From positions 6,300-70,299 of the forward strand of contig QCNV01000002.1 in the NCBI GenBank assembly GCA_003213095.1: a DNA stretch of 64,000 nt, written 5' to 3'. Shown here in pieces: positions 18,749-28,950 of this stretch; positions within the stretch are counted from its first letter, which is position 1, and each line of letters opens with the position of its first letter. The notes below the pieces were generated by a model. It was not told the DNA's origin. It saw only the letters and a list, made by a program, of their open reading frames with translations, and did no database searches. The stretch is from SAR202 cluster bacterium AG-426-M11. GTDB lineage: Bacteria > Chloroflexota > Dehalococcoidia > Lucifugimonadales > UBA826. The position numbers and the translations under genes were made by a program.

Positions 18749-19990
18749 ATGTTACTTCAAGATACTGATCCTGAAATTTACGATGCAATTTCTAATGAAT
18801 CTACTCGACAGATCAATAATATCAATCTTATAGCATCAGAAAATTATGCAAGTAAGGCAGTTTTAACAGCTCAAGGTTCGATTTTCACTAACAAATATGC
18901 TGAAGGATATCCTGGAAGACGTTACTACGGTGGGTGTGAATTCGTAGACGTAGTTGAACAAACAGCAATAGACAGGGCAAAAGATCTATACCAATGCGAA
19001 TATGTAAATGTCCAACCTCATAGTGGTGCTCAAGCAAATATGGCTGCATACTTTGCAACATTATCCCCCGGCGATGTTGTTATGGGTATGAGCCTTGATC
19101 ATGGTGGACATTTAACTCATGGGAGTAATGTGAATTTCTCAGCAAAAATTTATAATTTTGTCTCATATGGATTACATCCCGTCACAGAAACTATCGACTT
19201 TGATGAACTCGAAAAAAAAGTAAGGGTACATTCTCCCAAACTGATCGTAGCAGGAGCATCTGCATATAGCCAGATAATAGATTTTAAAAAATTTAAAGAA
19301 ATTGCTGATTTAGTTGGGGCTAAATTAATGGTAGATATGGCTCATATTTCTGGTTTAGTAGCAGGAAAAGTGCACCCATCTCCAGTTGGAATTGCCGACA
19401 TTATCACTTCTACAACACATAAAACACTAAGAGGTCCAAGAGGTGGAATGATATTAGCAAATAAAGAATTTGCAAAAAGTCTTAACAGCGCTGTTTTTCC
19501 TAATATGCAAGGAGGCCCACTTGAACACATCATAGCTGCTAAAGCTGTGGCTTTCAAAGAAGCCCAATCAGTAAATTTCAAAAAATACCAAGAGCAGATT
19601 GTCAAAAACGCTAAATCATTAGCAAAAACATTATCAGAAGGAGGCCTACGCATAGTATCAGGCGGTACTGAAAATCATCTAGTACTGGTAGACCTTACTC
19701 CGATTAATTTATCTGGCAAACAAGCTGAAGAAGCTTTAGGTAAAGCGAATATAGTTATCAACAGAAATGCCATCCCTTTTGACAAAAGGCCACCTAGAGA
19801 AGCTAGTGGGATGAGATTAGGCACTCCATCTATTACATCTAGAGAGATGGAAGAGAAAGATTGTGAAATAATTGGTAAATTCATATTAGAAGTACTCAAA
19901 AATCCACAACATGAGCAAACAATTTCAAATATCAAAAATCAAATCATAGAATTTACAAATTCTTTCCCTGTACCTGGAATCACTCAGTAG
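18749..19990 (+). CDS. glyA: Serine hydroxymethyltransferase
   Basis: 'NLIASENY', 'HSGAQAN', '[12 protein letters not shown]'. The ATG at 18749 follows 'AAGGAGAA'. The track's upstream TTG start is unlikely. Confidence 0.95.
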   Translation: MLLQDTDPEIYDAISNESTRQINNINLIASENYASKAVLTAQGSIFTNKYAEGYPGRRYYGGCEFVDVVEQTAIDRAKDLYQCEYVNVQPHSGAQANMAAYFATLSPGDVVMGMSLDHGGHLTHGSNVNFSAKIYNFVSYGLHPVTETIDFDELEKKVRVHSPKLIVAGASAYSQIIDFKKFKEIADLVGAKLMVDMAHISGLVAGKVHPSPVGIADIITSTTHKTLRGPRGGMILANKEFAKSLNSAVFPNMQGGPLEHIIAAKAVAFKEAQSVNFKKYQEQIVKNAKSLAKTLSEGGLRIVSGGTENHLVLVDLTPINLSGKQAEEALGKANIVINRNAIPFDKRPPREASGMRLGTPSITSREMEEKDCEIIGKFILEVLKNPQHEQTISNIKNQIIEFTNSFPVPGITQ

Positions 19991-20681
19991 ATTTGTCCTT
20001 AATAAATAACAACATTTTTTCTGCAGCATCGTTTTCTGCTAGTGATTTATTTTTACCTGTACCAAACATTAATTTGCCATCAGAAAGACTAAGTTGGATT
20101 TCAAATATAGGAGAATGATCAGGACCTTTCTTAGATATTATTTTGTATTCAGGTAAAGTGCCTAATTGAGATTGAGTATACATTTGTAATTCAGTTTTTG
20201 GATGTTGAAATCTTGAATATCCTATTTTCGCCAATTTTGGGTTAAAAATTTTAATTACAACCTTTTCTGTTTCAGTTAGTCCTCTATCAAGAAAAATACT
20301 ACCTACAATTGCTTCAAATAAACCTGCCAAATTTGATTGTTTTTGTCTTCCTCCTGATTTTTCCTCACCATGACCCAAAAACAAGAAATCATGCAAATCT
20401 AAAGTTTTCGTAATTTCTGCTAGAGTCTCACCCTTTACTAACTGTGACCTATAAAAAGTCATATCTCCTTCTGAAAACGCAGGATATTTAACAAAAAGGT
20501 AATTTGAAATAATGAAATCAATTACCGTATCTCCTAAAAATTCTAGCCTTTCATTATGAGGAGTGTCAGGGATTTCATTTGCCATTGAACTATGAGTCAA
20601 TGCTTCTAATAAAATCTGCTTATTAATAAATTCTATTCCTAATATATTCTCGATCTTTTTAATTTTTGAAACGTCGAGCAT
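19980..20681 (-). CDS. rnc: Ribonuclease III
   Basis: Signature '[13 protein letters not shown]' plus a C-terminal dsRBD ('GPDHSPIFE...[14 protein letters not shown]'). Confidence 0.9.
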   Translation of the reverse strand: MLDVSKIKKIENILGIEFINKQILLEALTHSSMANEIPDTPHNERLEFLGDTVIDFIISNYLFVKYPAFSEGDMTFYRSQLVKGETLAEITKTLDLHDFLFLGHGEEKSGGRQKQSNLAGLFEAIVGSIFLDRGLTETEKVVIKIFNPKLAKIGYSRFQHPKTELQMYTQSQLGTLPEYKIISKKGPDHSPIFEIQLSLSDGKLMFGTGKNKSLAENDAAEKMLLFIKDKSTE

Positions 20682-21307
20682 TAAAGTGCGCCTTTAGGCC
20701 AGGGAGGTTGAGGTCTTTTTAGTTCTCCAAAATAATTTCTTTTCCCAAACAACGCTATGAAATCTTCAAATGCCTCTACTGCTTCATTTTCAGGAGGAAT
20801 AAACATTTTTACAAATGAACCCTGCCCGTTTTCAAATATATAGGTAGGGGTTCCAAATGTTCCATGATTTTTAACAGCTTCTTCGTGATCTTTACGAATA
20901 ATTTCTATAATAGAAGAATCGCTTAAATCATTAGAAAACTTTTCGATATCCAAACCACATTCTTCAGCGATTCTTTTAAAAACTTCGTTATCATTCAGTG
21001 GGACTCTATTCGGACCGTTTCTTTCTATCAATAACTTAAATAAAAATTCTTGAAACAATTTTTCGCCTTGCCTTCTAGCAGCTTCTCCGGCTATAGCAGC
21101 CATTAAAGATCTAGTAGACTTCAAGTCTTGAGTTTCCCAAACCTGAAACCCTTCTTCAGTAGAAGCATTTTGTTGCAAAGAAAAATGCTTCCATAAAATC
21201 TCAATTTTTTTATCACTATTTTTCTGAACCATGTCTAACCAAACTGCAGTGTTATAGACAAATGGACAAGCAAAATCGAAATAAATTGTCAGTTTTATAT
21301 TTGACAT
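20681..21307 (-). CDS. DsbA-family thioredoxin-fold protein (monothiol 'CPFV')
   Basis: 'IYFDFACPFVY' and 'FGTPTYIF' are typical of the DSBA-like domain. The ATG at 21307 is preceded by 'TAGGAGG', so I prefer it to the track start at 21325. Confidence 0.65.
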   Translation of the reverse strand: MSNIKLTIYFDFACPFVYNTAVWLDMVQKNSDKKIEILWKHFSLQQNASTEEGFQVWETQDLKSTRSLMAAIAGEAARRQGEKLFQEFLFKLLIERNGPNRVPLNDNEVFKRIAEECGLDIEKFSNDLSDSSIIEIIRKDHEEAVKNHGTFGTPTYIFENGQGSFVKMFIPPENEAVEAFEDFIALFGKRNYFGELKRPQPPWPKGAL

Positions 21308-21484
21308 TTCGCCTCCTAAAATCATCGAACCTTACCGTACATTTTTCTCAAAAAAAAGAAAAGTCTTAGTTTTCTATACAAAAATGTAACATTCTATTAA
21401 CATTTGGAAGCTCTAATTAGAGTAATTAGCTGAAATAATCTATTATCCAATATATAAAATTATATTAAGAAAGGAGAATTCGTA

Positions 21485-22918
21485 ATGGCTAACGAATCTG
21501 CAGAAATTTTAAAACTAATGAAAGACAATGGATGTGACATCCTAGACTTGAAATTTACCGACCTACCAGGTACGTGGCAACATTTTTCAATTCCGATTAG
21601 TGAAGTAGATGACTCTTTGATATCAAATGGGGCAGGATTTGACGGGTCAAGTATCAGAGGATTTCAATCAATCGATGAATCTGACATGCTTATTGTCCCT
21701 GATCCATCTACAGCTGTAGTCGATCCTTTTTTCAAAGGAACTATTTCCTGTATTGCAGACATCAAAGATCCCGTATCTGGTGATAACTACAGTAGAGACC
21801 CCAGAAATATTGCTAGAAAAGCTGAGAATTACTTAAAATCTACAGGCGTGGGAACTGATTCTTTTTGGGGACCAGAAGTTGAATTTTTTATTTTTGATTC
21901 TGTCAGGTTCAGCTATGGGTCAAACCATGGTTTTCACGAGGTCAATTCTGACGAAGGTATTTGGAATTCAGGAAATGAATTTATGTTAGACGGAGTAACT
22001 CTAAATAAAGGTAGTCGCCCTCCTCACAAAGGAGGATACTTCCCTGCACCACCTATTGACACAGCTCATGATTTACGAAGTGAAATGGTCAGAACCCTTG
22101 TAAACGACTTTGGCATTAGAATTGAAGCACAACATCATGAAGTAGCCACAGGTGGACAAGCTGAAATTGATATGAGGTTTGGTCCGTTATTAGAAACAGC
22201 TGATAAAGTAATGACTTACAAATATGCTGTTAGAAATGTAGCTTCAAAAAATGGTAAAACAGTAACATTTATGCCAAAACCTCTTTTTGAAGATAATGGA
22301 ACTGGAATGCATACGCACCAATCAATTTGGAAAGATGGAGTCCCACTTTTTGCTGGTGATCAATATGCTGGATTATCTGAAATGGCCTTGCATTACATTG
22401 GTGGTCTAATCAAACACGGTAAAGCTTTAATGGCTTTAGCCGCACCTACTACTAACTCTTACAAAAGGTTAACACCAGGATTCGAAGCTCCTACTATTTT
22501 GGCTCTATCAGCTCGTAATCGTTCAGCTGCTTGCAGAATTCCAATGTATTTCAACAACCCAGAAGCTAAAAGAGTAGAGTTCAGATCTGCTGACCCTACA
22601 TGTAATCCTTACCTTACTTTTTCAGCTATGTTAATGGCAGGACTAGACGGAATAGAAAACGGATATTCTCCTGGAGAGCCATTAAGCCAAGATTTATTTG
22701 AATTATCTGCTGAAGAAACTTCTAAATTCCCACAAGTACCCAGTAGTCTAGAAGAAGCACTACAAGCTCTTGAGGATGATCATGATTTCCTACTTAAAGG
22801 TGGAGTTTTCACAGAAGATGTTATCAAAACATGGATTGATTTTAAAAGAACAAATGATGTTGACGCTATCAGACTTCGACCCCATCCATACGAGTTCTTT
22901 TTGTCTTTTGACGCTTAA
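21485..22918 (+). CDS. glnA: Glutamine synthetase type I (477 aa paralog)
   Basis: 'FDGSSIRGF', 'MPKPLFEDNGTGMHTHQS', 'NSYKRL', 'RVEFRSADPTCNPYL'. The adenylylation-site Tyr appears replaced ('QDLFEL'). Confidence 0.93.
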   Translation: MANESAEILKLMKDNGCDILDLKFTDLPGTWQHFSIPISEVDDSLISNGAGFDGSSIRGFQSIDESDMLIVPDPSTAVVDPFFKGTISCIADIKDPVSGDNYSRDPRNIARKAENYLKSTGVGTDSFWGPEVEFFIFDSVRFSYGSNHGFHEVNSDEGIWNSGNEFMLDGVTLNKGSRPPHKGGYFPAPPIDTAHDLRSEMVRTLVNDFGIRIEAQHHEVATGGQAEIDMRFGPLLETADKVMTYKYAVRNVASKNGKTVTFMPKPLFEDNGTGMHTHQSIWKDGVPLFAGDQYAGLSEMALHYIGGLIKHGKALMALAAPTTNSYKRLTPGFEAPTILALSARNRSAACRIPMYFNNPEAKRVEFRSADPTCNPYLTFSAMLMAGLDGIENGYSPGEPLSQDLFELSAEETSKFPQVPSSLEEALQALEDDHDFLLKGGVFTEDVIKTWIDFKRTNDVDAIRLRPHPYEFFLSFDA

Positions 22919-22924
22919 TTAATT

Positions 22925-22960
22925 AATTGAGTCGGATTAATTAAATTTTCCGACTCAATT
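22925..22960 (+). terminator. Perfect 11-bp stem hairpin after glnA
   Basis: aattgagtcgg (22925-22935) and ccgactcaatt (22950-22960) with a 14-nt AT loop. No strong 3' T-run. Confidence 0.45.
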
Positions 22961-23065
22961 ATACTCATTCATTATTACAATATTGATTGACACTTTTTTG
23001 ACAAAACTATAGTCTATTGTTCCCCATATTTAGTTTTAATCAATCCAAATAATTCAGATAAATTT

Positions 23066-24400
23066 ATGTCGACAAATCAGGAAGCAATTGAATATATAAA
23101 AGCAACTGCAAAAGATAATGAAGTAAAGTTTATTCGGCTTTGGTTCACAGATATTTTAGGAAATCTTAAAGGGTTTGCTATAACTTACGAAGAATTAGAC
23201 AACACTTTGAATAGAGGAATGGGATTTGATGGGTCATCGATTGAAGGTTACGCTAGAGTAGATGAAAGAGATTTATATGTCTTGCCCGATCCTAATACAT
23301 TCACTATCCTACCTTGGAGACCAAAACCAAACGCTGTAGCTAGAATGTTCTGCGACATAATCACTCCCGATGAAAAACCATTTGAAGGGGATTCTAGAAA
23401 TGTGTTGAGATCGAATCTCAAAAAAGCATCAGATTTAGGTTTCACTTTTTATGTGGCACCTGAACTAGAACATTTTTATTTTCATTCTGCTCAATCAACG
23501 AAATTAATTGATTCAGGCGGATATTTTGATCAACACACATCAGAATCAGGAACTGAACTAAGACGGGAAACAATCCTCACTTTAGAAGCCCTAGGAATAC
23601 CTGTAGAATCAAGTCATCACGAGGCTGCCCCAAGCCAACATGAGATAGATTTAAGATATACCGATGCATTCACAATGGCAGATACAGTAATGACATATAA
23701 GTCAGTAGTTAAAGAAATTGCTGCAACCCACGGATTTTATGCTTCATTCATGCCTAAGCCTATTTTTGGAGAAAACGGCAACGGAATGCACACTCACATG
23801 TCTTTATTTAACGGGGATGAAAATGCTTTTTTAAATAAAAATAATCCCAATCAACTATCCGACATAGGAAAACAATTTTGTGCAGGATTATTAAAACATG
23901 CTCGAGAAATAACATTGGTAACAAATCAGTGGGTAAACTCATACAAAAGACTAGTACCGAGCTATGAAGCTCCAACATATATTTCTTGGGCAGAAGTAAA
24001 TAGATCAGATTTAATTAGAATTCCGTCGTACAAAAAAGATAGGCCTAATTCAAGAAGGATTGAATACCGGGCACCTGACCCAGCATGCAATCCATATCTA
24101 ACTTTTAGTGTTATATTAGCTGCAGGGCTAGAAGGAATCCAAAATGAATATATTTTACCCGAGTCACCTCATATTAGCGTAGATTTAATGACAAACAATC
24201 AACGTAAGGAAGCAGGAATAGAAACTTTACCGACGAATCTTTGGGAAGCAATCCAAATCACAGAAAATAGCGAATTGGTTAGAAACACATTAGGCGAAAC
24301 AGCTTTTAATGTATTTATAGAAAACAAAAAAATTGAATGGGAATCGTATAGTGCTCAAATTTCAGACTTTGAAATACGAAAGTACTTACCGTCTCTATAG
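23066..24400 (+). CDS. Glutamine synthetase type I, second paralog (444 aa, GSI-alpha-like)
   Basis: 'FDGSSIEGY', 'MPKPIFGENGNGMHTHMS', 'NSYKRL', 'RIEYRAPDPACNPYL'. Confidence 0.9.
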   Translation: MSTNQEAIEYIKATAKDNEVKFIRLWFTDILGNLKGFAITYEELDNTLNRGMGFDGSSIEGYARVDERDLYVLPDPNTFTILPWRPKPNAVARMFCDIITPDEKPFEGDSRNVLRSNLKKASDLGFTFYVAPELEHFYFHSAQSTKLIDSGGYFDQHTSESGTELRRETILTLEALGIPVESSHHEAAPSQHEIDLRYTDAFTMADTVMTYKSVVKEIAATHGFYASFMPKPIFGENGNGMHTHMSLFNGDENAFLNKNNPNQLSDIGKQFCAGLLKHAREITLVTNQWVNSYKRLVPSYEAPTYISWAEVNRSDLIRIPSYKKDRPNSRRIEYRAPDPACNPYLTFSVILAAGLEGIQNEYILPESPHISVDLMTNNQRKEAGIETLPTNLWEAIQITENSELVRNTLGETAFNVFIENKKIEWESYSAQISDFEIRKYLPSL

Positions 24401-24414
24401 TATAAAATTAGATA

Positions 24415-27400
24415 ATGAACACTGATAAACACATTCCAAATATAAAACAACAAGGGTTATATTCACCAGAATTTGAGCATGATGCTTGTGGTGTTGGTAT
24501 GGTAGCCAACATCAAGGGTAACAAATCTCATGACATAATCTTTCGGGGATTAGATGCTCTTTGTCATTTAGGACATAGGGGTGCCTCCGGTGCAGACCCA
24601 GAAACAGGTGATGGAGCTGGAATAATTTGTCAAATTCCTCATGATTTTTTCAAACAACAATCACTTTCAGAAAATATTCCATTACCTAAATCAGGTGATT
24701 ATGGAGTAGGAATGGTATTTATTCCTCAAAATAATTCCATCTCACTTGATGAATATAAAACAACAATTTTAAACTCAATTGAAGAAGAAAATTTTGAATT
24801 GATATGGTGGCGCGAAGTACCAGTAGACCCAACCAAAATCGGAAGTGCCGCTAATATAGTGAGACCACATATCGTTCAGTTTTTTGTGACTAAAAGACAA
24901 CAGAATTTAAATCAAAGTTTAGATTTATCACTTTATATTTTAAGAAAGAATATAGAAAAACAAGTCACATCTTCCAAACTAAATTCCGATGATTTTTACA
25001 TTTGCTCACTATCATCCTCAACTATTGTTTACAAAGGATTATTGGTTCCAGAGCAAGTTTCAGATTTTTTTATTGATTTAAATGATCAAGCTTTTCAGAG
25101 TTCATTTGCATTAGTTCACTCTAGATTCAGTACTAACACATTGGGTAGTTGGAAACTAGCACACCCTTACAGATTTGTAGTTCATAATGGTGAAATTAAT
25201 ACCGTAAAAGGAAACATTAATTGGATGTTATCTAGGGAAAATGCATTTCAATCTAACCAATTTGGTGACGACCTAGATAAAATCAAACCAATTACAATAC
25301 ATGGACAAAGTGATACTGCTGCCTTAGATAATGCACTTGAATTACTTTTAGCTACAGGAAGGTCAATAGAACACTCAATGATGATGTTGGTTCCTGAAGC
25401 CTGGGGGGACCATATTAATATGTCCCCAGAAAAACGTTCATTTTATGATTATCACTCAAGCATGATGGAACCTTGGGATGGCCCAGCTTTAGTAGTGGGA
25501 ACTGATGGGAAAAAAGTGTGTGCTGTACTAGACAGAAATGGACTGAGGCCTTGTAGGTATTTGGTCACTAAAGATGATTTACTCATCATGGGGTCAGAAA
25601 CAGGAGTAATTGAAGTACCTCCTGAAGATGTATTGTACAAAGAAAGAATATACCCAGGACGAATGTTTTTATTAGATACTGAATCAGGAAAAATTATTAA
25701 TGATGCTGAATTAAAAAGCTCAGTTTCAAAACAACAACCTTATGGTAAATGGTTAGAAGAGAACAGAATTTCTATTGATAATTTGAAAAATTCTAAAGAT
25801 TTGTTAATTGAACCAAAATCAACTTTCATTAATAGACAAAACACATTCGGATACACTTTAGAGGAGTTACGAATGTTAATTGACCCCATGGCAACTACTG
25901 CTTACGAACCAACTGGTTCTATGGGAAATGACGCTGCTCTAGCTTTTTTATCCGACCATAATCCATTGCTTTTTAATTACTTTAAACAACTATTTGCACA
26001 AGTCAGCAACCCTCCATTAGATGCTATTAGAGAAGAATTAGTAACATCACTTAGAGCAACAATAGGTGAAGAAAGAAACCTTTTTGAAGAAACCCCATTA
26101 CATGCAAGGCAAATTACAATACCCTATCCCATTATTAATAACGAAGATTTAGGTAAACTCAGGGAATGTAAACAACAGGGAATCAAATCCGAAACAATCA
26201 AATGTCTATTTAATCCATCCCATGAAAACGGAATTGAAACTGCTCTTGAGGAGATCCAAACAAGTGCAGAGAAGGCAATCAATAAAGGAGCATCCGTCTT
26301 AATTCTTTCAGACAGAGGAGTTGATAAAAACCATGCTCCTATTCCTTCATTGCTTTACACTTCAGCGATACATCATCATCTTATTTCCATTGGATTAAGA
26401 TCTAAGGTTGGATTAGTCATTGAAACAGGTGAAGCTAGAGAAGTGGGGCATTTTGCTTTACTCATAGGATATGGTGCAGGAGCAATCAATCCTTATTTTG
26501 CTATAGAGATAATTCAAAAACTTGCCAACGAAAATGATCTATCGATTCCTATTTCTGAAGAAAATGCCATAATCAACTATCTTAATGCTGCCCATAAAGG
26601 TATTTTAAAAATCATGTCAAAAATGGGGATTTCGACGATACAAAGCTATCGAGGAGCTCAAATTTTTGAAGCAATCGGTTTAAATCAAGAATTTATTAAT
26701 AAGTACTTTAATAGAACAATTTCTAGAATTGGTGGCATTGGCTTACAAGAAATCCAAACTGAATCCATTAATAGGCATAGTAGAGGGTTCAATGAAACGG
26801 GAATTCATGCCAATTTAGATATATTGCCCGGAGGAGAATATCAATGGCGTCGTGATGGGGTCTACCATATGTGGAATCCTAATACTATTACGTCTCTACA
26901 ACATGCCGTCAAAACAAATAATTGGGAAACATATCAGCAATTTGCTAGTTTTGTTGATGAAGAAAATATTAGATTATCTACAATTAGAGGGTTATTAGAC
27001 TTTAAAAATTCTAAAAATAAAATCTCTTTAGATCAGGTAGAACCTGCAAAAGAAATAGTTAAAAGATTTGCTACTGGTGCAATTTCTCTGGGATCAATAA
27101 GCAGAGAAGCTCATGAAACACTAGCTATAGCGATGAATAGAATTAATGCTAGAAGTAACACTGGAGAAGGTGGAGAAGATTCAATCAGATTTAATTTAGA
27201 CAAAAACGGAGATTCTAGAAACAGTGCTATAAAACAGGTAGCTTCAGGAAGATTTGGGGTTACAATCAACTACCTTACCAATTCTACTGATATTCAAATC
27301 AAAATGGCACAAGGAGCTAAGCCAGGAGAAGGGGGGCAATTACCTGGTCATAAAATTGATGAATATATCGGATCTGTTCGCCACTCTACCCCAGGAGTTG

Positions 27401-28950
27401 AATTAATTTCTCCCCCACCTCATCATGACATATATTCTATTGAAGATTTAGCTCAATTAATTCATGACCTTAAAAATGCTAACCCTGAATCTAGAATTCA
27501 CGTGAAACTTGTAGCTGAAGCAGGAGTAGGAACAATTGCTGCAGGAGTATCAAAGGGACATGCAGATGTTGTTTTAATCAGCGGGTCTAGCGGTGGAACT
27601 GGTGCTGCTGCCGAAACGTCAATAAAGCACGCTGGATTACCCTGGGAACTAGGAGTTGCTGAAGCTCAACAAGTCCTAGTGATGAATGATTTAAGAGGAA
27701 GAATTGTTCTCCAAGCAGACGGGCAACTTAAAACTGGTAGAGACGTAGCAATTGCATGCTTACTTGGAGCAGAAGAATTCGGATTAGCTACCGGCCCATT
27801 AATAGCTATGGGATGCATTATGCTGAGAAAATGCCACATGAACACCTGTTCAGTAGGAATAGCCACACAAGATCCTGAATTAAGAAAAAAATTTTCAGGT
27901 AAACCTGAGCATGTAATTAATTATTTTTTCTTTATTGCAGAACAATTAAGAGAAATTATGGCTGATTTAGGAATAAAATCTATTAACGAAATGATAGGTA
28001 GGGTTGATCTACTTGAACCAAGAAAAGACATATCACACTGGAAGACAAAAGATGTAGATTTCTCTCAAATACTTTTTAATCCTCCAGTTCCAAAAGAATA
28101 TTCTAGATTCTGTATTCAAGATCAAGACCATGGTCTTGAAAAATCTCTTGACCAACAACTTATAAAAGAAGCTAAAGACGCTTTGATAAATAGTAAACAA
28201 ATATCAATCAATAAAAAAATTAACAACTCTTTCAGAACTATAGGCACAACACTTAGTCATGAAATTGCAAAGTTGCATGGTGAAAAAGGGCTTCCTGATG
28301 AAACAATCAAATTAAATTTAAATGGATCAGCTGGACAAAGTTTTGGTGCATTTCTTAATAAAGGAATTTCTGTAAATCTTGAAGGAGATGCAAATGATTA
28401 TTTTTGTAAAGGACTTTCAGGAGGAAAAGTAATAGTAAAGCCCCCGCAAAATTCATCTTTCACTCCTGAAGAAAATATAATTATAGGAAATGTCGCTCTT
28501 TACGGTGCTACAGGTGGAGACGTTTATATTAATGGAATAGCTGGAGAAAGATTTGCTGTAAGAAACAGTGGTGCCCGAGCAGTTGTAGAGGGAGTTGGAG
28601 ATCACGGGTGCGAATACATGACTAGAGGAAAGGTTGTAATTTTGGGAAACACCGGTAGGAATTTTGCAGCTGGAATGAGTGGCGGTGAAGCATATGTTTT
28701 TGACCCACATAAACAATTTGAATCAAAATGTAATACGGGACTAGTCAGCTTAGAAAAAGTAACTGATGAAGATGAGTCTGATTTGTTAAAACTCATATCA
28801 AATCATTTCAAATATACTAATAGTTCTACGGCTGAAAAAATAATAAATAATTGGAAAAATTCATTATCGTCATTTATTAAAGTTATGCCAAATGACTACA
28901 AGAGAGTACTAGAAGAATTAAAAAACAAAAAGGTTTCAGTTAATGGGTAA
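24415..28950 (+). CDS. gltB: Glutamate synthase large subunit
   Basis: 1511 aa. N-terminal Ntn-amidotransferase 'CGVGMVA', FMN/3Fe-4S central domains ('GEGGED', 'KMAQGAKPGEGGQLPG', 'SGSSGGTGAA') and a C-terminal GXGXG domain. Confidence 0.97.
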   Translation: MNTDKHIPNIKQQGLYSPEFEHDACGVGMVANIKGNKSHDIIFRGLDALCHLGHRGASGADPETGDGAGIICQIPHDFFKQQSLSENIPLPKSGDYGVGMVFIPQNNSISLDEYKTTILNSIEEENFELIWWREVPVDPTKIGSAANIVRPHIVQFFVTKRQQNLNQSLDLSLYILRKNIEKQVTSSKLNSDDFYICSLSSSTIVYKGLLVPEQVSDFFIDLNDQAFQSSFALVHSRFSTNTLGSWKLAHPYRFVVHNGEINTVKGNINWMLSRENAFQSNQFGDDLDKIKPITIHGQSDTAALDNALELLLATGRSIEHSMMMLVPEAWGDHINMSPEKRSFYDYHSSMMEPWDGPALVVGTDGKKVCAVLDRNGLRPCRYLVTKDDLLIMGSETGVIEVPPEDVLYKERIYPGRMFLLDTESGKIINDAELKSSVSKQQPYGKWLEENRISIDNLKNSKDLLIEPKSTFINRQNTFGYTLEELRMLIDPMATTAYEPTGSMGNDAALAFLSDHNPLLFNYFKQLFAQVSNPPLDAIREELVTSLRATIGEERNLFEETPLHARQITIPYPIINNEDLGKLRECKQQGIKSETIKCLFNPSHENGIETALEEIQTSAEKAINKGASVLILSDRGVDKNHAPIPSLLYTSAIHHHLISIGLRSKVGLVIETGEAREVGHFALLIGYGAGAINPYFAIEIIQKLANENDLSIPISEENAIINYLNAAHKGILKIMSKMGISTIQSYRGAQIFEAIGLNQEFINKYFNRTISRIGGIGLQEIQTESINRHSRGFNETGIHANLDILPGGEYQWRRDGVYHMWNPNTITSLQHAVKTNNWETYQQFASFVDEENIRLSTIRGLLDFKNSKNKISLDQVEPAKEIVKRFATGAISLGSISREAHETLAIAMNRINARSNTGEGGEDSIRFNLDKNGDSRNSAIKQVASGRFGVTINYLTNSTDIQIKMAQGAKPGEGGQLPGHKIDEYIGSVRHSTPGVELISPPPHHDIYSIEDLAQLIHDLKNANPESRIHVKLVAEAGVGTIAAGVSKGHADVVLISGSSGGTGAAAETSIKHAGLPWELGVAEAQQVLVMNDLRGRIVLQADGQLKTGRDVAIACLLGAEEFGLATGPLIAMGCIMLRKCHMNTCSVGIATQDPELRKKFSGKPEHVINYFFFIAEQLREIMADLGIKSINEMIGRVDLLEPRKDISHWKTKDVDFSQILFNPPVPKEYSRFCIQDQDHGLEKSLDQQLIKEAKDALINSKQISINKKINNSFRTIGTTLSHEIAKLHGEKGLPDETIKLNLNGSAGQSFGAFLNKGISVNLEGDANDYFCKGLSGGKVIVKPPQNSSFTPEENIIIGNVALYGATGGDVYINGIAGERFAVRNSGARAVVEGVGDHGCEYMTRGKVVILGNTGRNFAAGMSGGEAYVFDPHKQFESKCNTGLVSLEKVTDEDESDLLKLISNHFKYTNSSTAEKIINNWKNSLSSFIKVMPNDYKRVLEELKNKKVSVNG

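Noticed and set aside
21326-21484. A glutamine riboswitch (glnA RNA motif) upstream of glnA, prompted by a 'GGAAG' segment.
   Set aside because: I could not find the flanking conserved helices and the 'ACGGAAGUAGG'-type core. I report only DNA-level operator-like repeats.
22961-23065. A promoter-like TTGACA ... TATAGT upstream of the second GS gene.
   Set aside because: The spacer is only ~15 nt by my count and alternative registers are no better. The evidence is too weak to list as a feature.
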